Assembly: GCF_002844595.1 (NCBI RefSeq)
Contig: NZ_PJNW01000016.1
Location: 827-32,826, forward strand
DNA from: Pleomorphomonas diazotrophica
Lineage (GTDB): Bacteria > Pseudomonadota > Alphaproteobacteria > Rhizobiales > Pleomorphomonadaceae
Direction of reading: 5' to 3'
DNA: 32,000 bases
The translations under genes and the position numbers were made by a program. The notes under the pieces were generated by a model. It was not told the origin of the DNA, ran no database searches, and saw nothing but the letters and a program-made list of their open reading frames with translations. Of this stretch, positions 7,272 to 16,715 are shown in pieces (the first letter of the stretch is position 1; every line of letters starts with the position of its first letter).

Positions 7272-8257
7272 ATGAGCAGCGCAACCCCGTCAGCCCCCGA
7301 GGCCAGCGCCGGATTGCTTTCGCGCGTCAAGACCATACCCTCGGTGGGACCGGTCCTGGTTCTCCTGGCGTTTTGCCTGGTGTTCGCCGTCACCAACCCG
7401 CGCTTTCTTGCCCCACACAATCTGTCGATCATCCTGCAGCAGACCATCGTGGTAGGTACCCTGGCCATCGGCCAGACACTGGTGATCCTCACCGCCGGCA
7501 TCGATCTCGCCGTCGGCGCCATCTGCGTGCTCGGAACCATCGTCGCCGGAAAACTCGTCAATCTCGGCTACGATCCGATGCTGTCTATGCTGTTCGCAGT
7601 GGTCCTCTGCACCCTCTCGGGGCTTGTCGCGGGAACGCTGGTGAGCCGGCTCGACCTGCCACCGTTCATCGTGACTCTTGGCACACTCGGCATTCTGACG
7701 GCCGCCTTACGCCTCATCTCGCAGGGCGGTGCCTTTCCAGTGCAGGACAGCTTTCTCGGCCTGACCGGGAACACCTTCCGGGTCGGAAGCTTCGTTCTCA
7801 CCTATGGCGTGCTGGCCATGCTGCTGCTTTACGCGGCGGCCTGGTATCTTCTCAACGAGACGCGCTGGGGGCGACATGTCTACGCCATCGGCAACAACCC
7901 CGAGGCAGCACGACTGGTCGGCATTCCGGTTCGGCGACACCTCCTGCAGGTCTATGCGCTGGCCGGACTCATCTACGGCATCACCGCCTGGCTCGCCCTC
8001 GGCCGCATTCCCAACGCCGATCCCAACGCCCTACAGACCGCCAATCTCGATTCCATCACCGCCGTGGTGATCGGCGGTACCAGCCTGTTCGGCGGGCGCG
8101 GCGGCCTTGTGGGAACCTTGATCGGCGCCCTGATCGTCGGCGTTCTTCGCAACGGCCTGACGCTGGCCGGCATCGACCCGCTCTGGCAGGACCTCGTCAC
8201 CGGCATCCTGGTGATCCTGGCCGTGGCCTTCGACCAGCTTTCCCGCAGGAGGCGCTG

Positions 8258-8258
<1 letters not shown>
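7272..8258 (+). CDS. Sugar ABC transporter permease (CUT2, FrcC/RbsC-like)
   Basis: In-frame part of ORF 7200..8258. I chose ATG 7272 (MSSATPSAPE...). Multiple TM segments, and GGTSLFGGRGG is typical of the RbsC family. Confidence 0.85.
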
Positions 8259-9058
<800 letters not shown>

Positions 9059-9066
9059 TGGCCGGG

Positions 9067-9894
9067 TCAGCCGGCATCCGCCTCGCCGTCGTCGGGCGCG
9101 ACGATGAGCAGCGTGCCGGCGGCCTCAAGCGCCGCCTGGATATCGGACGGCGGCGGCGTGTCCGTAACCAGCGCGAAGACCCGCTCGAGCGAAGCCACCT
9201 TGGCGAAGGCATGACGACCGAACTTGCGACTGTCGGCCAGGACGATGGTCCGCCGCGCCGCCTCGATCATCGCCGCCATCATGGTGGCCTCGGACAGGTG
9301 GCTGGTCCAGAAGCCGGTGGCGTCGACGCCACCAACGCCGATGACGGCCGTGTCGGCGGCAATGGCTCCGGTGCCGACGAAGCCGACCGGACCGACCGTC
9401 ACCTGGGCGCCGGTGCGGATTTCGCCCCCGAGCAGATAGAGGTTCAGGATGGCGGCCGGCGGCACGACCGGCGGCAATCCGAGATTGTTGGTGACGATGG
9501 TCAGGCGCCGACGCATCTCCAGCGCTGCGGCAAAAGCGAGCGTGGTGGTACCGCCATTGACCAGCAGCGTCTCGCCATCGGCGATCAGCTCCGCCGCCGC
9601 CTGCCCGATGCGTGTTTTTGCCGCATGATGCGACTTCATGCGGAGATCGAAGGGCGTATCGGCGGTAGCCATGCTGGACGAAGGAAGCGCACCGCCATGG
9701 ATCCGGCTGACCAGACCCTGCTCGGCCAGGATGTCGAGATCGCGCCGGATGGTATCGAGCGACACGTCGAAACGCGCGCTCATATCCGTCACGGTGATCT
9801 GCCCCAACTGTTGGGCAAGACGGAGAATATCGGCCCGCCGTCGCGCCGGCAGCGTCGCGTCCGAGCCCGCCTTTTCCACGTCTTCCGTCATCAT
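9067..9894 (-). CDS. DeoR/GlpR-family transcriptional regulator
   Basis: 275-aa ORF with an N-terminal HTH (ITVTDMSARFDVSLDTIRRDLDIL) and a DeoR C-terminal sensor domain (LVNGGTTT, VIGVGGVD). It is divergent from the operon that starts at 10107. Confidence 0.9.
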   Translation of the reverse strand: MMTEDVEKAGSDATLPARRRADILRLAQQLGQITVTDMSARFDVSLDTIRRDLDILAEQGLVSRIHGGALPSSSMATADTPFDLRMKSHHAAKTRIGQAAAELIADGETLLVNGGTTTLAFAAALEMRRRLTIVTNNLGLPPVVPPAAILNLYLLGGEIRTGAQVTVGPVGFVGTGAIAADTAVIGVGGVDATGFWTSHLSEATMMAAMIEAARRTIVLADSRKFGRHAFAKVASLERVFALVTDTPPPSDIQAALEAAGTLLIVAPDDGEADAG

Positions 9895-10004
9895 CGCCGC
9901 CTGGACCGCTGTTGCACATATTCAGATTTGATCGAACCCTAGCATACCGCATTTGACGTCACAAAGTGGCACAAAGACGCATAATGACGCAAAATATCGT
10001 GCTG

Positions 10005-10043
10005 TTTTATGCTTGACAGTTCCGCTTTATGCGGCTTTTATCG
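10005..10043 (+). promoter_or_regulatory. Sigma70-type promoter (CTTGACA-N17-TTTTAT) overlapped by direct repeats (candidate DeoR operators)
   Basis: TTGACA at 10013-10018 and TTTTAT at 10036-10041 with a 17-nt spacer. Repeats are TTTTATGC (10005-10012), CTTTATGC (10025-10032) and TTTTATCG (10036-10043). An inverted GCATAA lies at 9979-9984. Further upstream are CACAAAG twice (9960-9966, 9970-9976) and the palindrome TGACGTCA (9954-9961). Confidence 0.5.
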
Positions 10044-10106
10044 GCCAGCTCATGAGAGAAGTTTCGCCAATCGGACGAAACCCCGGAGCACAAGGGAGTG
10101 AAACGC

Positions 10107-11423
10107 ATGACTGACAAAGACGATCATGTCGGCAAGCCCATGGGTGTCGGGCGCCGTCAATTCCTGAAAGTGGCTGGTCTCACCACCGGCGGCGTGCTGG
10201 CCGCACCGGCGATCCTGAAGCTCACGTCGGTCGCCTCCGCGGCGGACCGCACCAACATCACCTTCGCCAGCGCGAAGTTCTTCGGCAAGCGCACCGTCGC
10301 CGAGATGGTGGATGTGTTCAACCAGTCCCAGAGCCGCATCCTCGTCCGCTACGACGAGCTGCCGCCGCCGAGTTCCTCGACGGAAGTCCATCAGGGCTTG
10401 GTGCAGCGCCTCGCCAAGAAGGACGGCTCGCCCGACGTCTTCACGCAGGACGTCGTCTGGATCGCCGAATTCGCTGGCGCCGGCTGGGCTCTGCCGCTCG
10501 ACGAGTATGTGAGCGCCGACGAGGCGGGAGCCTATTTCCCCGGCGTGCTGGCGGCCTGCAAATGGCAAGGCAAGCTGACCGCCCTGCCCTGGTATGTCGA
10601 CAGCGGCATGCTCTACTACCGAAAAGATCTCGTCTCCAAGGCGCCGGAAACCTGGGACGAGCTGGTCGCCGCCGCGACGGACCTCATGAAGGCAGGCAAG
10701 GCCAAGATCGGCTTCTCCTGGCAGGCCAAGCAGGCCGAGGTGCTGATCTGCGATCTCGTGGAGTTCGTGACCTCCAACGGCGGCAGCATCCTCGGCGACG
10801 ACGGCAAGACCGTTCACATCGCCGACGACGCGGCGATCGAGGCCGTGCAGTTCATGTATGACACCATCGAGAAGTACAAGATCAGCCCGCCGGACGTCCG
10901 GAGCTGGGACGAGGAGCCCTCGCGCACGCCGTTCACCGGCGGCGACGTCGCCTTCCTGCGCAACTGGTCCTACGTTTACTCCATCTGCCAGGACAAGGCG
11001 GCCTCCTCGGTGGTCGACAAGGTCGGCGTCGTGCCGCTGCCGCATTTTGCCAACGGCAAGAGCGCTGCCTGCCTCGGCGGCTACCAGTATGGCGTCAATG
11101 CCTCGACCAAGAACCGGGACGCGTCCGTCGAGTTCCTGAAATGGCTGTCGAGCCCGGAGACGCAGCTGCTGTTCGCCACCGAACTCGGTCTCGCTCCGAG
11201 TCGGCCGGCCGTGTTCGACAGCGCCGAACTCGGCAAGGCGCAGCCGTTCATGCAGACGCTGAAGCCGGTGTTCGTCGGCGCCACGGCGCGTCCGGTCACG
11301 CCGAAATACTCTCAGGTCTCCCTGGCGCTGCAGTCGGCCGTTTCCAAGGCCGTCACCAACGGCAACGTCGCCGACGCGCTCAAGGACGCCAAGGCCAAGC
11401 TTGAGGGCATCGTCGGCGCATGA
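10107..11423 (+). CDS. ABC transporter extracellular solute-binding protein, family 1 (CUT1), Tat signal
   Basis: ORF 10098..11423. ATG 10107 is preferred because AAGGGAG lies about 9 nt upstream; GTG 10098 is also possible. Twin-arginine motif GRRQFLKVAG and a MalE-like fold (DVFTQDVVWIAEFAGAGW, WYVDSGMLYYRKD). Confidence 0.85.
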   Translation: MTDKDDHVGKPMGVGRRQFLKVAGLTTGGVLAAPAILKLTSVASAADRTNITFASAKFFGKRTVAEMVDVFNQSQSRILVRYDELPPPSSSTEVHQGLVQRLAKKDGSPDVFTQDVVWIAEFAGAGWALPLDEYVSADEAGAYFPGVLAACKWQGKLTALPWYVDSGMLYYRKDLVSKAPETWDELVAAATDLMKAGKAKIGFSWQAKQAEVLICDLVEFVTSNGGSILGDDGKTVHIADDAAIEAVQFMYDTIEKYKISPPDVRSWDEEPSRTPFTGGDVAFLRNWSYVYSICQDKAASSVVDKVGVVPLPHFANGKSAACLGGYQYGVNASTKNRDASVEFLKWLSSPETQLLFATELGLAPSRPAVFDSAELGKAQPFMQTLKPVFVGATARPVTPKYSQVSLALQSAVSKAVTNGNVADALKDAKAKLEGIVGA

Positions 11424-12367
11424 CCACGCTTCCGTCAGCCGGCCTCACGGCCGGCAACCGACGGAGCAAACGACTGACGCAGAGGAGCCGTGCCGAACGG
11501 TGGGCGCCTCTGCTCTTTCTCCTGCCCGCGGTCCTCACCCTCATCACCGTCTCCGTCTATCCCGTTCTCGACGGCATGCGCCTTTCCTTGCGCAACACCA
11601 TGCTGTCGACCCAGGAAGACGACTTCGTCGGCCTCGCCAACTATGTCCGGCTCACCGGCGATCCGCAATTCTGGTCGGCCTGGCAGCACACCATGCTGTT
11701 TACCGCCGCATCGACGCTGCTCGAGACGGTGATCGGCATGGCCATGGCGCTGGTTCTCTACGAGACCTTCAAGGGCCGGGGCTGGGTGAGGGCCGCGATG
11801 CTGGTTCCCTGGGCCATTCCCACCGTCGTGACCTCCAAGATGTTCGGCTGGCTGTTCGACGGCCAGCACGGCGTGGTCAACTGGTTGCTGAGGCAAGCCG
11901 GCCTGATCGACGGCTACGTCAACTGGTATGGCGACAGCCAGACCGCGCTTCTCACCATCATCATCGCCGACGTCTGGAAGACGACGTCCTTCATGGCGCT
12001 GTTGCTGCTGGCCGGTCTGCAAACGGTGCCGCATTCGCTGGTCGAGGCCGCACGGATCGACGGCGCGGGTTCCTGGCAGTGCTTCTGGTCGATCCGGCTG
12101 CCGCTGTTGTTCACGACGCTGCTGATCGCCGGCATGTTCCGCGCCCTCGACGCCTTCCGCATCTTCGACCTCGTCTACGTGCTGACGGGCGGCGGGCCGG
12201 CCGACTCCACCGAGGTTCTGTCGACCCTGTCCTACAAGGTCCTCTTCTCGGGGCTCGACTTCGGCTACGGCAGCGCGCTCTCGGCGGCCATGTTCATCAC
12301 CGAGGCGATCATCGCGCTGGGCTTCGGTCTTTTCATCGTTCGCCGCATGCGGCGCGACAACGGCTGA
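11420..12367 (+). CDS. Carbohydrate ABC transporter permease (MalF/UgpA-like)
   Basis: 315-aa ORF. ATG 11420 overlaps the binding-protein TGA (ATGA). EAA-loop region EAARIDGAGSWQCFWSIRLPLL. Confidence 0.9.
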   Translation: MTTLPSAGLTAGNRRSKRLTQRSRAERWAPLLFLLPAVLTLITVSVYPVLDGMRLSLRNTMLSTQEDDFVGLANYVRLTGDPQFWSAWQHTMLFTAASTLLETVIGMAMALVLYETFKGRGWVRAAMLVPWAIPTVVTSKMFGWLFDGQHGVVNWLLRQAGLIDGYVNWYGDSQTALLTIIIADVWKTTSFMALLLLAGLQTVPHSLVEAARIDGAGSWQCFWSIRLPLLFTTLLIAGMFRALDAFRIFDLVYVLTGGGPADSTEVLSTLSYKVLFSGLDFGYGSALSAAMFITEAIIALGFGLFIVRRMRRDNG

Positions 12368-12377
12368 GGAGGAAACC

Positions 12378-13223
12378 ATGCTGTCTTCCTGGCGCACCCA
12401 GCTCCTGATCACCCGGATCGCGCTCTACGTGGCCTCGGCCCTGATCGTCGTCTGGTCGGTGGCGCCCTTCCTGTGGCAGGTGTCGACGTCCTTCCAGGAG
12501 GATCGACTACTGTCGGCGCCAACACCGAGTTTCCTGCCCTGGCCGGGCACCCTCGACCATTTCCGCAACATCTTCGTCGAGAAAGAGTTCCACCTCTACA
12601 TAGTCAACTCGGCCATCGTGGCGGGATTGACCACGCTGTTCTGTCTCGCCATCGGCGGAGCCGCCGCCTTCGCTCTGGCCCGTCTGCGCGTCTACTACCG
12701 CTTCGGCATCCTGGCGCTGATCCTGTCGGTGTCGATGTTCCCGCAGATCGCCATCGTCGCGCCGCTCTATCTCGCCGCGTCGGCGCTCGGGCTGATGAAC
12801 ACCTACACCATCCTCGTCATCATCTACCTGTCGCTCGGCCTGCCGCTGGTGATCTGGGTGCTGTTCGGCTACTTCCAGACCATTCCGCGAGAGATCGACG
12901 AGGCCGCCATCATCGACGGCGCCGGGCCGTTGCGCCTGATGATCTCGGTCATCCTGCCGATGTCGCTGCCCGGCTTCGTCACCACCGGCCTCCTCGCCTT
13001 CATCATGGCCTGGAACGAGTTCATGTTCGCGCTCGCCTTCACCTCGGGCGTCGATCGCCAAACCATTCCCGTCGGCATCGCCAACTTCACCAACCTCTAC
13101 TACGTCCCCTGGGGCGACCTCGCCGCCGCCTCCGTGGTGGTGACGCTGCCGCTGGTCCTGCTGGTGCTCGGCTTCCAGCGCTGGATCATCCAGGGGCTGA
13201 CGCAGGGCGCGGTCAAGGAATGA
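12378..13223 (+). CDS. Carbohydrate ABC transporter permease (MalG/UgpE-like)
   Basis: 281-aa ORF with GAGGAGGA upstream. EAA loop DEAAIIDGAGPLRLMISVILPM. Confidence 0.9.
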   Translation: MLSSWRTQLLITRIALYVASALIVVWSVAPFLWQVSTSFQEDRLLSAPTPSFLPWPGTLDHFRNIFVEKEFHLYIVNSAIVAGLTTLFCLAIGGAAAFALARLRVYYRFGILALILSVSMFPQIAIVAPLYLAASALGLMNTYTILVIIYLSLGLPLVIWVLFGYFQTIPREIDEAAIIDGAGPLRLMISVILPMSLPGFVTTGLLAFIMAWNEFMFALAFTSGVDRQTIPVGIANFTNLYYVPWGDLAAASVVVTLPLVLLVLGFQRWIIQGLTQGAVKE

Positions 13224-14542
13224 TCGCCATGAGCATCCCCCATGCCAAACCCACGGCGTCGATCGATTGGGCCCGCGCCTATGACCGGCTCGTTGACGGG
13301 ATACCGGCTGTCGTTGCGGACGCGACAAGGCTGGTCACCGGCTTTGCCGTCTGCCTCGATCGGCGGATCGACCTGCACGCCGTCGCACCAATCCTCGCCG
13401 ATCGCCCGGAAGTCGGCGCCCAGCGCCTGTTCGCCGAGTTGATGGCCCGCGCCAAGGCCGGTCGCGGCGGTGAAATGCTGGTAGGCGACTGGCCCGGCGG
13501 GCCATCCTTCTTCGATCCGCATACCTTGCCGGGCGGCACGGCGATCGGCGGCACGTCGGCCCAGGCGGCCTGGACGCTGGCGGCGATCGGAGCGCCCTCC
13601 CTGCTCGCTCTCGGCGAGGTCGGGCCGGAGGAGCTCGCCGCGCTGCACGCCGGCATCGGATTGGCCGAAAGCGAGACGACGGTCGGCTCGCCGCGCCGCC
13701 GCTGGCCGGCGCTTTGCGACAAGCCGGCGCACTACATCGTCGAGTATACCGCCGGCCACCCCCTGCCCGGCTTCGTTGCCGAACGGTCGACCCGCATCAT
13801 CGTCCGTTTCGCCGACGAAGCCCTGCATGAAGACGCCCTGTTCGACCGTTGGGTCGCGGCGAATGGACATCAGTTGCGCGCCGGTCTGCTGTCATCTCCG
13901 AATACCATTCCGCTTGCCGAGCTGCCGGTCGCCCTTGCGCGCCTGTCAGGGGCGGCACGGGCCTGGCGCAGGTCCGGCTTGTCGGTCGTCCACCTCGAAC
14001 TCGGCGCCTATCCCTGGCCCGGAACGCTCGATGCGACGCTGGAAAGCCTGGCGCCCGAGGTCACGTCGATCGGTCTCAATCAGAACGAGCTGCGCGGCCT
14101 GGTGCCGGGCGATGATCCGGTCGAGCAGGCGGACGCGCTGTCGCGGTGGCTCGGCGTCGATCGCCTGGTCGTTCACGCCGACGGTTGGGCGCTTGCCGTC
14201 ACCCGCGGCGACGCAAGGGTGGAGATGGACGCGCTCGCCATGGGCTGCCTGCTCGCCGCCTCGCGTGCCGAGGCCGGCCAGCCGTCGTCGCGACCACGTA
14301 TCCCGCATGGAGCGCGCTTCGATCCGCCGCCTGCTCCGCCGGTGTCGCGGCTGCCGGATGGTCGCCAGATCGTCTGCGTCGCCGCTCCCTATCTCGAACG
14401 CCCCGCCTCGACCGTCGGCCTCGGCGACAGTTTTACCGCCGGCTGCCTCCTCATTCATTCCATCGTCGATCACCAGCCCGTTCTCGGCTTGGCCGATTTG
14501 GCCGCGCCGGCTGGCTCCGAAACAGACTTACGGAGACCGTAA
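13220..14542 (+). CDS. ADP-dependent glucokinase/phosphofructokinase-family sugar kinase (ribokinase superfamily), substrate unknown
   Basis: C-terminal 440 aa of ORF 12473..14542. ATG 13220 overlaps the permease TGA 13221-13223. It can be aligned block by block with Pyrococcus ADP-GK from memory: GFAVCLDRRIDL vs LLGYNTNIDA, TAIGGTSAQAA vs LRMGGQAGIMA, VVHLELG (HxE, 13991-13999), IGLNQNEL (NxxE, 14078-14089), LVVHADGWALAVT vs IHFHTYGYYLALT, STVGLGDSFTAG (GxGD, 14417-14428) vs STVGIGDTISSS. Confidence 0.75.
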   Translation: MIAMSIPHAKPTASIDWARAYDRLVDGIPAVVADATRLVTGFAVCLDRRIDLHAVAPILADRPEVGAQRLFAELMARAKAGRGGEMLVGDWPGGPSFFDPHTLPGGTAIGGTSAQAAWTLAAIGAPSLLALGEVGPEELAALHAGIGLAESETTVGSPRRRWPALCDKPAHYIVEYTAGHPLPGFVAERSTRIIVRFADEALHEDALFDRWVAANGHQLRAGLLSSPNTIPLAELPVALARLSGAARAWRRSGLSVVHLELGAYPWPGTLDATLESLAPEVTSIGLNQNELRGLVPGDDPVEQADALSRWLGVDRLVVHADGWALAVTRGDARVEMDALAMGCLLAASRAEAGQPSSRPRIPHGARFDPPPAPPVSRLPDGRQIVCVAAPYLERPASTVGLGDSFTAGCLLIHSIVDHQPVLGLADLAAPAGSETDLRRP

Positions 14543-15618
14543 TGGCACCCGTTTCCCTCAGGTCCGTCACCAAGGCCTATGGCTCATTCGAGGTGATCCA
14601 CGGCATCGATCTGGAGATCGAGGACGGTGCCTTCGTCGTCCTGGTCGGCCCGTCGGGCTGCGGCAAGTCGACGCTGCTCCGAATGATCGCCGGCCTTGAA
14701 ACGATCAGTGGCGGTGAGGTGGTCATCGACGGCGAGGTGATGAACGATGTGCCGCCCAAGCACCGCGACATTGCCATGGTGTTCCAGAACTACGCGCTTT
14801 ACCCGCATATGACGGTGGCGCAGAACATGGGCTTCTCGCTACGCCTCACCAAGGTGCCCCAGGCGGAAGCGGCGGAAAAGATCAGGGCCAGCGCCGACAT
14901 CCTCGGCCTCACCGACCTGCTCGACCGCTATCCCCGCCAGCTGTCCGGCGGTCAGCGCCAGCGCGTCGCCATGGGCCGGGCGATCGTCCGCAACCCCAAG
15001 GTCTTCCTGTTCGATGAGCCGCTCAGCAACCTCGACGCTGCCCTGCGCATGCAGATGCGCGTCGAGATCGCCGAACTGCACCAGAAGCTCGGTACCACCA
15101 TGATCTACGTGACGCACGATCAGGTGGAGGCGATGACGCTCGCCACCAAGATCGCCGTCGTCAACAAGGGCAGGCTCGAACAGGTGGCGCCGCCGGTTCG
15201 TCTCTATGAGCGGCCGCAGAACCTCTTCGTCGCCCGGTTCATCGGCGCACCGCAAATGAACATTCTGCCCGCCCGCCTTGCCGGCGCCGCTGAGGCGCGC
15301 CTTGGCGATGGAAGCGTGATCGCCCTGCGGCGATCGATGCCGCTTGGCGAAGGGAGCGGCGTGAGCGTCGGCATCCGCCCCGAAGCCCTGCTGCTTTCAG
15401 AAGACGGACCGCTCGGTGGCCGCGTCACCCTCGCCGAGCATCTCGGCGGCCTGACGCTCGTCCATATCGCCCTCACCGACGGAACGCCGGTGGTTCTACA
15501 GGCGGTCGGAGCTCCCACCGTCGCAGTGGGCGACCTCGTCCGCCTGCGCATCGATCCGGCTGGATTGCATCTGTTCGATCCAGAGGGGCGCCGCATCTCC
15601 ACCCCCGGCGAAAGCTGA
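14542..15618 (+). CDS. Carbohydrate ABC transporter ATP-binding protein (MalK/UgpC-like)
   Basis: C-terminal 358 aa of ORF 14146..15618. ATG 14542 overlaps the TAA of the kinase gene (TAATG). Walker A GPSGCGKST, LSGGQRQRVA, Walker B FLFDEPLSNLD, and a C-terminal MalK-type regulatory/TOBE domain. Confidence 0.9.
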   Translation: MAPVSLRSVTKAYGSFEVIHGIDLEIEDGAFVVLVGPSGCGKSTLLRMIAGLETISGGEVVIDGEVMNDVPPKHRDIAMVFQNYALYPHMTVAQNMGFSLRLTKVPQAEAAEKIRASADILGLTDLLDRYPRQLSGGQRQRVAMGRAIVRNPKVFLFDEPLSNLDAALRMQMRVEIAELHQKLGTTMIYVTHDQVEAMTLATKIAVVNKGRLEQVAPPVRLYERPQNLFVARFIGAPQMNILPARLAGAAEARLGDGSVIALRRSMPLGEGSGVSVGIRPEALLLSEDGPLGGRVTLAEHLGGLTLVHIALTDGTPVVLQAVGAPTVAVGDLVRLRIDPAGLHLFDPEGRRISTPGES

Positions 15619-15689
15619 CCTTCCCGCAACGCCGCCACGAAAGCCGGCGGCAACCCAACCCAAGAAACCAAGTACCCAAGGAGAACTCG

Positions 15690-16694
15690 ATGTTTCGCAT
15701 GAATGCCAAGCTCGCCAAGATCCGGGCCGGCAACTACGCCAAGGGCGACTTCATCATCGCCGACGCCAAGGACGGCGACATGTCCAACCCTATCCCCGGC
15801 ACCGGGCCGATCCGCGACAAGGACGGCAAGTTCGTCCGTTTCCGGACGCGAGCCGAGTTCCTGGAGATGATCACCGATCTGATCCGCCAGGACCTGCTCG
15901 ACATCATGCTGGTGTCCTGTTCCAACCTTGAGCTGCTGCAGGAGGCCGGTGCCTTCAAGAACAGCCCGGTGCGGCCGGCCTTCCGCGCCAACGACACCAC
16001 CGACATCTGGGGCGCCCGGCCCAACGGCTATGGCAAGCTCGGCCCGTCGCGCCCGTTCCGCACCCCGTCGCTGAAGCGGATATCCGAGGCCAAGCTCGGA
16101 AACCTCGGCCTTTACTCGATCACCTTCGTCAACGACATCGAGGCCGACTTGAGGTCGCTCGAAGCCTTCAGCGAGTTCCGCGAGGACGCGGCCAAGAACG
16201 GCATCGAGTATTTCCTGGAAGTGTTCAATCCCAACGTCGAGTGCGGCATCGCGCCGGCGGACGTCGGCTCGTTCGTCAATGACAACCTCGCCCGCTGCCT
16301 GTCGGGCGTGCTGCGCGCCGACCGGCCGCAGTTCCTGAAGTATCCCTACAACGGCGCCAAGGCGCTGGAGGAACTGGCCTCCTATGACCCGCAGCTGGTG
16401 GTGGGCGTGCTCGGCGGTGGTGCCGGCACCACGCGCGACACCTTTGAGCTGCTGTTCCAGGCCGAGAAATACGGCGCTCGCGTCGCCCTGTTCGGCCGCA
16501 AGATAAATCTCGCCGAAAGCCAGCTCGACATGGTCCGCCACATGCGCGCGGTGGCCGACGGCGAGATGAGGCCGCTCGAAGCCGTCAGGTCCTACCACGC
16601 CGTGCTCAAGGAAAAGGGCATCTCCCCGGTCCGCAGTCTCGACGACGACAGCATCGTCACCGAGGCGGTCCTGAAGGCCGCGGCCTCCGCCTGA
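15690..16694 (+). CDS. Class I aldolase-like TIM-barrel protein (DeoC/DhnA-FbaB archaeal type), substrate unknown
   Basis: 334-aa ORF with GGAG upstream. QFLKYPYNG (Lys codon 16338-16340) resembles the Schiff-base segment GADIVK(x)xYTG of archaeal/DhnA aldolases. VGVLGGGAG..D....GARVALFGRKI resembles NSGGAAG...GGMGLILGRKAF of E. coli FbaB. N-terminal FIIADAKDGD lies where the DHG substrate-binding strand is expected. Confidence 0.6.
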   Translation: MFRMNAKLAKIRAGNYAKGDFIIADAKDGDMSNPIPGTGPIRDKDGKFVRFRTRAEFLEMITDLIRQDLLDIMLVSCSNLELLQEAGAFKNSPVRPAFRANDTTDIWGARPNGYGKLGPSRPFRTPSLKRISEAKLGNLGLYSITFVNDIEADLRSLEAFSEFREDAAKNGIEYFLEVFNPNVECGIAPADVGSFVNDNLARCLSGVLRADRPQFLKYPYNGAKALEELASYDPQLVVGVLGGGAGTTRDTFELLFQAEKYGARVALFGRKINLAESQLDMVRHMRAVADGEMRPLEAVRSYHAVLKEKGISPVRSLDDDSIVTEAVLKAAASA

Positions 16695-16715
16695 CACCGT
16701 TTCCATGCAGCCTCT

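Noticed and set aside
15204-16706. 500-aa minus-strand ORF opposite the aldolase-like gene and the ATPase 3' end
   Set aside because: The antisense shadow translation is rich in Arg, Gly, Ala and Val and has no motifs. The plus-strand genes have ribosome-binding sites, family motifs and a terminator.
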